From: Methanobacteriota archaeon
GTDB lineage: Archaea; Thermoplasmatota; Thermoplasmata; Thermoplasmatales; GCA-001856825
Length of the DNA: 64,000 bases
Direction: 5' to 3'
Assembly: GCA_017857235.1 (NCBI GenBank)
Contig: JAFMDN010000003.1
Coordinates: forward strand, 2,005-66,004
Shown here piece by piece: positions 19,550 through 28,790 of this stretch. The notes below the pieces were generated by a model. It saw only the letters and a program-made list of their open reading frames with translations. It did not search any database and was not told the DNA's origin. The position numbers and the translations under genes are program-made. The stretch's first letter is position 1. Each line of letters starts with the position of its first letter.

Positions 19550-19605
19550 TTGAAAAACCAAGAAAAATATTTTAAATTGAAAAATATATTGAAATTCGAT
19601 ATAAT

Positions 19606-20163
19606 ATGGAAGAAGCAAGTGGCTCCGATTTAAAATTCTTCATTAATTACCTAAAGCAGAAAAGGGGGATGCAGGGAATAAAACAAATGTTAAAGGAATT
19701 AAATTCCAACGGGGTTGTTATAAGCAATCTTGATGATATAGGGACATTATCAAGTTATCCTGAAGATGTTTATGCTAAAGTGATAATAGCGGTAGCAAAA
19801 GCATTGGGTGGGGACTTCAATGAAAGAATGAATCAATTGGGTTATGCCCTTGGAGATAGGGCAAATCTTCTTAAGTTAATCACGAAGCTATCGACTCCGA
19901 GACAAGTTATAAAAACCATTGAGGACAATATATTGTTTTCAATCCCGTATCTAAAGTCTAGCAGCTCTGATATTTCAAAGCATGTTGTTTTGTTGAGAGT
20001 TACGCCTAGAAAAAATGGCGAACCCTTCCTAAGTATGGCAGAAGGTTATATTAAAGCTATTATTGACCTTTCGAATAAAAATATAAATATAGAGGAAAAG
20101 AAAAAAGATGGGGATTCATTGGTATTCAAATTGAAGCTAGGGGAGATGGCTCAGGGTGTCTGA
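19606..20163 (+). CDS. Hypothetical protein, possibly HNOB/V4R-like small-ligand-binding fold
   Basis: Helical N-terminus with SYP...LG.ALG pattern followed by EGYI and beta strands; 8 nt overlap with the next gene. Confidence 0.5.
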   Translation: MEEASGSDLKFFINYLKQKRGMQGIKQMLKELNSNGVVISNLDDIGTLSSYPEDVYAKVIIAVAKALGGDFNERMNQLGYALGDRANLLKLITKLSTPRQVIKTIEDNILFSIPYLKSSSSDISKHVVLLRVTPRKNGEPFLSMAEGYIKAIIDLSNKNINIEEKKKDGDSLVFKLKLGEMAQGV

Positions 20164-20881
20164 TGTAGATTATAAATTCGAGGATGGGGTTTCAATAATT
20201 TCCATAAATCGCCCAGAGAAAAAAAATTCAATTAATATAGAAGTGATGAATGGTATTCAGTTATCTTTAGAAAATGCCTTGAAAGATAGGGCGAAAGTTT
20301 TGATATTCAAAGGAAATGGTGGATTCTTTTCAGCAGGCGCCGATATTAATCAATTTTTTGACATGGATGAAAATAAAGCATTTGAATTTTCATTATGGGG
20401 AAACAATCTAATGGATAGAATCGAAAGATATCCCGGGGTAACATTATCTGCAATTAATGGAGGAGCACTTGGCGGAGGCCTGGAATTAGCCCTTAGTACT
20501 GATATTAGAATTTCTACTAAGAATGCAAAAATTGGACTTCCTGAAGTAACATTAGGAATATTTCCTGGCTGGGGTGGTATAAAGAGAATAACAAGGATCC
20601 TTGGAAATGGAATAGGTAAATATTTACTCATTACAGGAAAATATATTACTGGTGAGGAGGCCTACAACCTTGGCCTAATTAATTTCTTGGATGAAGATCC
20701 TGAAAACTATGCTATGACAATTGCACAGAATTTGAAGAACCATTCATCCGAAGCCATTGAAAAAATAAAACTTCTACTTCTTCAAGATGTATATTCAGAA
20801 CAACTTGAGGCGGCTTATTTCGGTAAAATAGTCACCTCGCCAATTGCAAAAGAATATCTCCAAAAATTCAAAAAGAAATAG
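20156..20881 (+). CDS. Enoyl-CoA hydratase/isomerase (crotonase) family protein
   Basis: NRPEKKN, FSAGADI, GGGLELAL and PEVTLGIFPGWGG motifs. Confidence 0.92.
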   Translation: MSDVDYKFEDGVSIISINRPEKKNSINIEVMNGIQLSLENALKDRAKVLIFKGNGGFFSAGADINQFFDMDENKAFEFSLWGNNLMDRIERYPGVTLSAINGGALGGGLELALSTDIRISTKNAKIGLPEVTLGIFPGWGGIKRITRILGNGIGKYLLITGKYITGEEAYNLGLINFLDEDPENYAMTIAQNLKNHSSEAIEKIKLLLLQDVYSEQLEAAYFGKIVTSPIAKEYLQKFKKK

Positions 20882-20998
20882 TTAACAATTTGTATTTCCC
20901 AATTTTATTATTTTCTAATTCTGAATTGCTAAGAGTTTAATTTATCATTAACTATTTAATTGAGATTTGAGATAGGTCTTTTTAATTCATGCAAAACT

Positions 20999-23716
20999 TC
21001 ATTCCAAAATTATTGCTGGCTTTCCAGGCAATGCTTTTTTCGATTTTTCATCTTTAGCTGTTTTCATAATTTCAATTTTAATCTTGAGATAGTTTTCCAA
21101 ATCTTCCTTATACATCTCGAGAACTTTTAATTCGTCCACATTTATCCTTAAGTTTTTTGCATCCTTCCTCTTTATAACGGACAAAATAAATTCTCTCTGT
21201 TCCGGGGTAGCTGATTTCATAAAATCCTTTAACCCTAATTTATTGAATTCTAGTAGCACTTCTTTTTTCCAGTCTTCAGCCAGATATATTTTCATTTTAT
21301 TTGGCTTATTTGGATAAATTTTTGTTATGTTTTTGAAGTCTTCTAGAAGGTCCTCTACATATTCCCAATCTTCCAGTATGCTCTTGTAATTATCGTTGTA
21401 GTTCGGATAGGGTGACAAGGATGCATAACTAGAACCACCGTAGATTTCATTAACTTCTTCTGAAATGAATGGAATGATGGGGGATAATGACAGGGCCCAT
21501 TCTTTCCCGAACTTTCTAATTGCCCTCATTGTCCTATCTCTCCCTGCAATTGATTCCAATTCTTGAACATCATTCAACATGTTATAGAATAATTCTACAG
21601 CCGCCTCCCTTATTCTCATTTCTTTGAACGCATCATCAGCGCGTTTCAATCTTTCATTAAATTTACCTATTATCCATAGATCCCTTTCTTCTGGCTCATC
21701 TTTATAATTCGTTGCGTTTGTTAAATACTCATAGAACTTCTCCAACTTCTTTTGCATCATGTTAACTTCCGATGATCTCCAGTCCACATCATACCATACA
21801 TCTGCATTAGTGGCAAAGTACAATCTAAAGAGGTCAGCTCCATATTTTCTCTTTACTGTGAGTAGTGGAACTACATTGCCCTTGCTCTTTGCCATCTTTT
21901 GGCCTTCCGAAAGTACTATTCCTCCAGTTGAAATCCCCTTTGGCCAATAATTTTCAGGGAATATTGCAACGTGATTGAAAAGGTAGAATGTTAAATGATT
22001 TGATATGTGTGGGTACCCAGTATGCCTCCAATCAACTGGATACCAGAATTCAAATTCCTTTCTTGCTTTCTTGCTTAATTCTACCGTCCTATCTGATTTC
22101 CCCTTTAATTCACCATTACCAAAGAAAATGTAATCAAAAATTTCATCGTCAATTTCATCAAAATCCATCTCCCTCAATTCTCTGATAATAGTATATAGTG
22201 CAGGATATATGGTAGAATCACTTAAACTTTCAATAACCCAGTTTCTATCCATGGGTAATCTCGTACCGAGCCCCCTTTTCCTGGCACAAGGCCTCTCCCT
22301 TATCCAGTCAACTACCTGCATGAATTGATTCCTTAAAGATTCTGGTTTTAATTCCATTTTCTCCAGAAGTTTCCTCACCTTTTCCTTCCACTGCACATTG
22401 GAATAATCAAGGAACCACTGATTTTTGATAATGGCAACTATAACTTTATCACCATCCCTGGTAACGGCCTTCCTGCTGGTTTCATAGAATATAAAAGCTA
22501 TGCCCTCCCTTATGTAATCATTTTTAATTTCTTCCTTTATATCTCTGATCCACTTACCGGCATACTTACCCTTATTTATTATACCATGATAAAATTCCAT
22601 CTCATAGAGGTATTTAGTGGCCTCATCAATTTTTTCAGTTTCATCTATGGATGAAATTTTGAATTTCCTGATAACTTCTTCCACATTTTCATTTATACCA
22701 CCTATTACTTGAATAGGATTTATTTCGATTCCTAAATCTTTTAAAGCCAGAAAGTCCTGAATAGAATGCGCCGGAACAGAGTAAACTATCCCTGTTGCAT
22801 TGTCAGTATCCACAAATTTCGCACCAAAAATCGGAATGGACCTCCCATGAAGTGGTTCTGCTGCTTCTTTACCGATCAACTCCTTTGCATCTATTTCTTC
22901 CAAGATTTTAATTTCTCCCTGATACTGTAATTTTTCCGCTGCTCCCTTTGACACCACCACTTTCTTTCCTTGTAGCTCTATTATTACATATTTGCGATCT
23001 GGATTTACAAATAAATTAGTTACACCTTCCAAGGTTTCTGGTCTGAGAGTTGATGCACCTAAATATTTATCCCCAAATTTAAATAATACAGTTACAAATT
23101 CAAGTATTGATACCTTATCTACATCACCATCTGCAATATCATCTTCTCCAACTGGATTTCCTTCAACTATGGAATATAGAATTGGATAATCGCCTTGTTT
23201 TATTAAACCCATTGAAAAAAGTTTTCTGAATTGCCATTCTATAAATTTATTGTATATAGGCTCGCCAGTATTGAATACCCTTGACCAATCAATAGAAAAG
23301 CCCATGTTACTGAAATCACTTATTATTTTATTGGCAAAATAATTGGCAATATTTTCTGGTTTACTAAATTCTTTAATTAAATCGGGATTGTCTCCATACA
23401 GTTCTAGGTAAGATTTGTATAATTCGATGGTCCCTCTGTCACCTTTTTCTATTTTCTTTGCAAAACCCAATATTGGAGTTCCCGAGATATGAAAACCCAT
23501 GGGGTAAAGGACGTTGTATCCTTTCATCCGCAGATATCTGGCCATTATATCCCCAATGGTATATGTCCTGCCGTGTCCAATATGAAGAGCTCCATTGGCA
23601 TAAGGATAGGGAACTGTCAGTAGATACTTTTTTCCAGTTTCGGTGGGCTGAAAGATTTTATCTTTTTCCCATCTTTGAAGCCATTTTGATTCTATGGTAC
23701 CAAAATCGTATGGCAT
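20999..23716 (-). CDS. leuS: Leucine--tRNA ligase (archaeal type)
   Basis: PYPYANGALHIGH, TLRPET, IESLSDST and KMAKS motifs. ATG at 23716 follows GGGTG. Confidence 0.95.
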   Translation of the reverse strand: MPYDFGTIESKWLQRWEKDKIFQPTETGKKYLLTVPYPYANGALHIGHGRTYTIGDIMARYLRMKGYNVLYPMGFHISGTPILGFAKKIEKGDRGTIELYKSYLELYGDNPDLIKEFSKPENIANYFANKIISDFSNMGFSIDWSRVFNTGEPIYNKFIEWQFRKLFSMGLIKQGDYPILYSIVEGNPVGEDDIADGDVDKVSILEFVTVLFKFGDKYLGASTLRPETLEGVTNLFVNPDRKYVIIELQGKKVVVSKGAAEKLQYQGEIKILEEIDAKELIGKEAAEPLHGRSIPIFGAKFVDTDNATGIVYSVPAHSIQDFLALKDLGIEINPIQVIGGINENVEEVIRKFKISSIDETEKIDEATKYLYEMEFYHGIINKGKYAGKWIRDIKEEIKNDYIREGIAFIFYETSRKAVTRDGDKVIVAIIKNQWFLDYSNVQWKEKVRKLLEKMELKPESLRNQFMQVVDWIRERPCARKRGLGTRLPMDRNWVIESLSDSTIYPALYTIIRELREMDFDEIDDEIFDYIFFGNGELKGKSDRTVELSKKARKEFEFWYPVDWRHTGYPHISNHLTFYLFNHVAIFPENYWPKGISTGGIVLSEGQKMAKSKGNVVPLLTVKRKYGADLFRLYFATNADVWYDVDWRSSEVNMMQKKLEKFYEYLTNATNYKDEPEERDLWIIGKFNERLKRADDAFKEMRIREAAVELFYNMLNDVQELESIAGRDRTMRAIRKFGKEWALSLSPIIPFISEEVNEIYGGSSYASLSPYPNYNDNYKSILEDWEYVEDLLEDFKNITKIYPNKPNKMKIYLAEDWKKEVLLEFNKLGLKDFMKSATPEQREFILSVIKRKDAKNLRINVDELKVLEMYKEDLENYLKIKIEIMKTAKDEKSKKALPGKPAIILE

Positions 23717-23726
23717 AAAAAACACC

Positions 23727-24290
23727 CTAAATTATCATAACGGCAGCAGCTACCACTGTAGTCCATTCATTTTCTTTTTCAACTACGGCTGATGAAGTTA
23801 CATTGCTAGTTAACAGTATAGCATCGTTTAACCTGAATCTTCCTGTATTTTCATCCTTAATTAAATAATTGTCCAGACCCAAAGTTGAAGATAACATTTC
23901 AGCTGCTAGGCTTTCGGCAAATGCCCCTGCTTTTTCTGGTGGTTCACCGTAAGTATGATATTCAGAAAGATAACCATAATTTTCCCTATTTCTTGGTATC
24001 GCAAGACCTATTGATGCAGTAATTAATCTATTTAGTTCATTTGAGCTGTTTCTAGCAAGCACCAGAAAAAGGATTTGCCCCGATTTTAATTCCTTTAGGC
24101 CTTCCTCTCTGTCCACAATCTCTGCATATGGTGGAAAAATAGAGCTTACCTCCACCAAATTAAATCTTGCAATACCTGCATCTCTTAAAGCATTCTCAAA
24201 TGAACCCAATTGACTCTTATGGCGACCTATTCCTTTTGTAAAGAAAATTTTCTTAGGGACCATATTCTGCATTTTTGTTCCACTCTGCAT
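23727..24290 (-). CDS. pdaD: Pyruvoyl-dependent arginine decarboxylase
   Basis: SFENALRDAGI, NLVEVSSIFP (Ser-Ser cleavage site), GYLSE and WTTVVAAAV motifs. Confidence 0.9.
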   Translation of the reverse strand: MQSGTKMQNMVPKKIFFTKGIGRHKSQLGSFENALRDAGIARFNLVEVSSIFPPYAEIVDREEGLKELKSGQILFLVLARNSSNELNRLITASIGLAIPRNRENYGYLSEYHTYGEPPEKAGAFAESLAAEMLSSTLGLDNYLIKDENTGRFRLNDAILLTSNVTSSAVVEKENEWTTVVAAAVMII

Positions 24291-24451
24291 TAAAACCCAT
24301 GATTAAATTTTTTGGGAAAATTTTCATTGATTTATTTTGTAAGCATTGAACCTGTAAAAAAAATATATGATGATATTAGTTTAAATTATTCAACGCCATC
24401 TCCGTGATTGCCGTTAGCAAAAAATAAATATGCGGTGATATTGAAACTTGA

Positions 24452-24919
24452 ATGCCCGTCCAATCCAAAATTATAAAGGTACTGGTGGCAGGAACCAGGG
24501 GTTCCGGAAAAAGTTCCATTATATGTAGATTCATATATGATAACATGGACGGGTGCTCACAGAATGAGGGTACTTTTTACAGAAGTGGTTTAATCAACAT
24601 TGACGATTCGAAATTCACATTCATATTGAAGGAAATAAGAAACCTTCCCACCTCTGAAAACACTGCAGGTTTTATCGTTGTAATTGACCCTACAAGGGAA
24701 ACAGATTTGAAAGAAATCCCATATATACTTGAAAACATAGGAAACAAGAAAGTTATAATTGCCCTCAATAAAATAGATATGAAATACCTTGCCAATTTCT
24801 GGATTGAAGACGTCAAAGAATTAGTTAACGGAAATATAAAGATAATTCCAGTTTCTGCCAAGACCGGAGAAAATATAAATGAATTATTTTTTGAAACGGC
24901 ACGAATGGTGAGCAAATGA
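24452..24919 (+). CDS. Small Ras/Rab-like GTPase with a degenerate G3 motif
   Basis: GTRGSGKSS P-loop, NKID and SAK motifs; no DxxG. Confidence 0.75.
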   Translation: MPVQSKIIKVLVAGTRGSGKSSIICRFIYDNMDGCSQNEGTFYRSGLINIDDSKFTFILKEIRNLPTSENTAGFIVVIDPTRETDLKEIPYILENIGNKKVIIALNKIDMKYLANFWIEDVKELVNGNIKIIPVSAKTGENINELFFETARMVSK

Positions 24920-24920
24920 T

Positions 24921-25631
24921 ATGATTTCCGCTAGGCTGCTACCCGATTTATCAACATTAATCGGGGAGGCAGACGCCTCGCGACTTAGAAACAAGGGATA
25001 TAAAATAATAAAGAAGAAAAATGGATATATTCTTGATAGACTTTCCTCCCTTTATCTTTTAGAAAAAGGTAGATTTGAAATTTTCATTGATGGTGAAAAA
25101 AAAGGCTTTGATTTTTTGTGGAGAAAACTTACAGAAGAAGAAAAATGGAAATACGTTGCCTACAAAGGATTGAGGGATTTGGGTTATAAGCCCTATTTAA
25201 ATAACGATAACATATTTCTGAACAGGAAAAGGGTTAATGTAAGATATTATAAAGACATAATTAACCTTTCAGAGTTATCTGTTGGTTATTTTGCAGTTGT
25301 GGATTCAGACTATGAACCCATATTTTATCAAATCAAAAGAAGAAATCCATTACTGCTAGAGATTGTTAGAAAAACCTATTCGGAAATAGGCCAATCTGAG
25401 AATAAACATAATAAGTTAGTTGTAAAAAGTGGTTCAAAATTTGGATGTGATTACAGAATTTATAGGAACAATGAATTACATTCTAGTTTACTCGTAAACA
25501 TTGCAAAAGAAGACGATTGCAAATCCATCGTTGCGAGAGCCCGTATCGCTCATTCCGTAAGGAAGATCTTAATCTATTGCTTTGAGCATGGGGGTAAGAA
25601 TAAATGTATATCAATTGAATGGATTAGATAA
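24921..25631 (+). CDS. endA: tRNA-intron endonuclease, compact form
   Basis: KSGSKFGCDYRIY, LHS and RIAHSVRK carry the Tyr/His/Lys catalytic triad; N-terminal LYLLEKG and YKGLRDLGY unit. Confidence 0.8.
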   Translation: MISARLLPDLSTLIGEADASRLRNKGYKIIKKKNGYILDRLSSLYLLEKGRFEIFIDGEKKGFDFLWRKLTEEEKWKYVAYKGLRDLGYKPYLNNDNIFLNRKRVNVRYYKDIINLSELSVGYFAVVDSDYEPIFYQIKRRNPLLLEIVRKTYSEIGQSENKHNKLVVKSGSKFGCDYRIYRNNELHSSLLVNIAKEDDCKSIVARARIAHSVRKILIYCFEHGGKNKCISIEWIR

Positions 25632-25743
25632 TATTTATCAACCGACGATTTGTATTGCGAAGCCATCTATTTTCTTAACTTTACAGAAGGAAATGCTATA
25701 TTTAAAATAAATTAATCGAAAATTTCCAAATAGCTATTATAAT

Positions 25744-26247
25744 TCATTTCTTCTTCTGATTTTTACTTATTAAGGAGTTTTTCTTTACTGGAAATTTCTT
25801 CACTTGATTTCCGCAATTAGGACATATTTCTATAAATTTATTATAAACCTTCTTACAACCTGTACATCTATATTTCCAAATGATAAAATCCTTTATATTT
25901 TTCGAATTAAATTCAATAAATCTGATATCCAGGGCATGTGCGATATTTTGCATTGATAGATCATTTGTTAATAAAACTGCCCCCTCCTGCATGGAAAGTG
26001 CTAAAAGCTTTAAATCGTTTTCACTTAGCTGATAGAAGTCCCCTGTTTCTTTGCTTTTTGCAATTACCTTATCCAGAAACTCTTGAGATGGCTCTTTTAT
26101 CTCAATGAATATTAAAGTTCTTTCGATAGTATCTCTAAATTTCTTGCTTTTAATTTCTGAAATGGAATCAATTGTGGTAATGTATTCATTCGAACCCTCG
26201 GGAGTAAAACCTGCGAATATTGCTGATGCATCAACTACGATTTTCAT
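25744..26247 (-). CDS. nob1: NOB1-family PIN endonuclease with zinc ribbon
   Basis: VVDASA, TGD..LSEND, TNDLSMQN and W..RCTGC..CPNCG motifs. Confidence 0.9.
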   Translation of the reverse strand: MKIVVDASAIFAGFTPEGSNEYITTIDSISEIKSKKFRDTIERTLIFIEIKEPSQEFLDKVIAKSKETGDFYQLSENDLKLLALSMQEGAVLLTNDLSMQNIAHALDIRFIEFNSKNIKDFIIWKYRCTGCKKVYNKFIEICPNCGNQVKKFPVKKNSLISKNQKKK

Positions 26248-26857
26248 AATACTTGCACCATTTTTTTAAAGGGCATTCATTGCATTTTGGTCCAATTGGT
26301 TTACAAATGTTCTTTCCGAATTCAACCCCATAAGAGTTTATGTGTTTCCAATATACTTTGGGTATCTTTTTCATAAGCATTTTCTCAGTTTCTTCTGGGT
26401 CTTTGGTATTTATGACTCCTAGCCTATTGAATATTCTGTGGACGTGTGTATCAACTGCAATATAATCTTTATTGAAACCAAATGTAAGAACAATGTTAGC
26501 CACTTTTGGACCGACTCCTGGCAATCTCATTAAATCATCCCTATTGTCAGGGACTGATCCATTAAAATCTTCAACTATCATTCTGGCAGTTTCTTTAACT
26601 TTTTTAGCCTTTTCTCTATAGAAACCAACCCCTTTTATCAATTGTGATATTTCATTTATATTGCATTTAGCAAGACTATATGGATCAGAACATTTGCAAA
26701 ATAGTCTCAAAGATGCCCTATCTGTGATTTCATCTCTTGTTCTGGTTGAAAGTATGGTAGTGATTAAAATGTGAAATGGATCATCCCATAACCCCACATG
26801 AGGCTTCACGGATGTCATCATTTCATTGATTAATTTAGCATAACCCTCCTTTTTCAA
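26231..26857 (-). CDS. nth: Endonuclease III
   Basis: HhH motif LPGVGPKVA, VDTHVHR and the C-terminal CxPxxPxCxxCPxxxxC cluster. Confidence 0.93.
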   Translation of the reverse strand: MKKEGYAKLINEMMTSVKPHVGLWDDPFHILITTILSTRTRDEITDRASLRLFCKCSDPYSLAKCNINEISQLIKGVGFYREKAKKVKETARMIVEDFNGSVPDNRDDLMRLPGVGPKVANIVLTFGFNKDYIAVDTHVHRIFNRLGVINTKDPEETEKMLMKKIPKVYWKHINSYGVEFGKNICKPIGPKCNECPLKKWCKYYENRS

Positions 26858-26944
26858 TGCTGAACACTATTGATCATGAATAAATGATTTTTTCTATACT
26901 TTTATTTTCACAAAATTTTAATAGCAATTATTACATTTAATATT

Positions 26945-27415
26945 ATGGAAAAGAAGGAGAGAGGTATTTTACCAATTGAAAGGATTCTTGTTGCGGTTGA
27001 TGGTTCTAAGCCCTCCATGCGAGCTCTGGATATGGCAATATCTCTCTCCAAATTAAATAAAAATATGAAATTATATATAGTAATGGCAATACCTTATCCA
27101 GTTCAATATGTGACCGGAGAAAATCCAACTGGGGATATAACCCTTTTAGATAGGATGAACACTCTAAAGGAGAAAGGAGAACAAATACTTGAAAATTCGA
27201 AAAATTACGCCATTTCAAATGGAGTAATGAATGTAGAAACATTCCTGAAACAGGGTGATCCTGCAAAGGAGATATTAAATGTTTCCAAAACTGTTAAGCC
27301 TGACTTAATCGTTATAGGAAATAGAAGAAGGGGATTTCTAAAGGGAGTATTCCTAGGCTCTGTGTCTCAAAGAGTTGCTGCTAATTCGGATGTTTCTGTA
27401 TTAGTAGTAAAATAA
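26945..27415 (+). CDS. Universal stress protein
   Basis: ILVAVDGS, GDPA and DLIVIG...LGSVS motifs. Confidence 0.93.
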   Translation: MEKKERGILPIERILVAVDGSKPSMRALDMAISLSKLNKNMKLYIVMAIPYPVQYVTGENPTGDITLLDRMNTLKEKGEQILENSKNYAISNGVMNVETFLKQGDPAKEILNVSKTVKPDLIVIGNRRRGFLKGVFLGSVSQRVAANSDVSVLVVK

Positions 27416-27481
27416 ATTCGATCAGAAATTTGTTTTCTAATTGCAAAAAATTTTTAATTGATAATTTTAATAATCTCATCA

Positions 27482-28048
27482 GTGCGGGTTGGCGTAATAA
27501 CTTCAGACTTTCGAGTATATTATAGACTGGTAAAAATCTTAAAAGGGATGAAAATTAACTTTCATTCTTTGGTAAGCATGGAAGGAATTAGTGAATACGA
27601 CGTGGTTTTCTCTGACATGGATTTAAATTTTAGCAACTGCTACAGAACCAATGGAAAAAATGAATATTGGATAAGGCAAATGCTACTTTCAGGCCATGCC
27701 AGAGAGCTTGTAATAGGTATAGATCCTGGACCCAACCCTGGAGTTGCAACCATTTCAGATGGTCGCGTTTTGGATTCAAGGAATCTCTATGAATTAGAAG
27801 ATGTTTTAAAATACGTAGAGAATGTTACACAGCAGTGCGATTACGATAGGTTGAAGATAAAAATAGGAAATGGGGATAGAATAAACAGGGAGAAGATAAT
27901 AACTTCGCTGAGAAATTACGATTTAGAAATAATAAGGGAAGACGGATCTTCAAGATCTCTTAAAAGGGGTAGGGATTGGGAAGCTGCTATTAAAATAGCT
28001 ACAAGCAATGATATAATTGAAAAGAGAAATAAGAAGATTAAATTATAG
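27482..28048 (+). CDS. Conserved archaeal protein with a C-terminal RNase H-like (YqgF/RuvC-like) domain
   Basis: LVIGIDPG, IGNG, E..SS and D..AA..IA motifs. GTG 27482 lies 30 nt after TTTTAAT. Confidence 0.65.
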   Translation: MRVGVITSDFRVYYRLVKILKGMKINFHSLVSMEGISEYDVVFSDMDLNFSNCYRTNGKNEYWIRQMLLSGHARELVIGIDPGPNPGVATISDGRVLDSRNLYELEDVLKYVENVTQQCDYDRLKIKIGNGDRINREKIITSLRNYDLEIIREDGSSRSLKRGRDWEAAIKIATSNDIIEKRNKKIKL

Positions 28049-28049
28049 A

Positions 28050-28790
28050 TTATTTTTTCCATTTTGGCTTATTCCTTCTGTTGTATATTGCTGTAATCAC
28101 CACAATTACTAATATCATTGCAAGAATTATTGCGATTATTATATAGATATATTCTAAGAATGGGTTCCCTACTTGTATATCAATGTTGTATTTTCCACCT
28201 ATTATCTTAACAACAGTGCTATTGACCTTTGCCTGAATGTTGTATATGCCAGGAGATAGGGTTCCAGACAACCACTTGTAAGTTACATTTTCAGTTGTAT
28301 TTCCTGAAATATTAATCTCCGAGCTTCCGACGTATTTTCCATTTACATAGAAAGAGACATTTAGATCCTTGAAAATAAAATTGGTAGGATTATAAACCTT
28401 TACCTTTAGTATTGTATAGTTAAGAACCTGAACAGTTTCGGTTATGTTATAATAGAAAATCTGATTATTTAAATAAGCAATAACCTGGAAGAATAGGTAT
28501 AATGTGGTCTGGACTGAGGGTGCTGTTATGGTAAAATTCTGGGGGGAAAAAGTTCCATTAAGATACTGCGGAGAAATTGGAGATGCACCGGTTAAATTAT
28601 ACCCGCTGAGGACAAATACTATTTTATAATGGTTAAAAATTTGTTGTACGTTAACAGTATAATTAAAGGTCTCTCCTATGGCAACCTTATCAGGCCCTGT
28701 TATAGTTACAGGCCCATATGTATATGTTTCTGCAAGGGCAAGTACAGGTACCAATAAAATAAAAGCAAGTAAAAATGGAATTACCCTCAT
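28050..28790 (-). CDS. Type I membrane protein with beta-sandwich (CARDB/Ig-like) ectodomains
   Basis: Signal peptide, beta-rich sequon-bearing ectodomain, C-terminal TM helix and basic tail RRNKPKWKK; ATGA overlap with aglB. Confidence 0.75.
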   Translation of the reverse strand: MRVIPFLLAFILLVPVLALAETYTYGPVTITGPDKVAIGETFNYTVNVQQIFNHYKIVFVLSGYNLTGASPISPQYLNGTFSPQNFTITAPSVQTTLYLFFQVIAYLNNQIFYYNITETVQVLNYTILKVKVYNPTNFIFKDLNVSFYVNGKYVGSSEINISGNTTENVTYKWLSGTLSPGIYNIQAKVNSTVVKIIGGKYNIDIQVGNPFLEYIYIIIAIILAMILVIVVITAIYNRRNKPKWKK

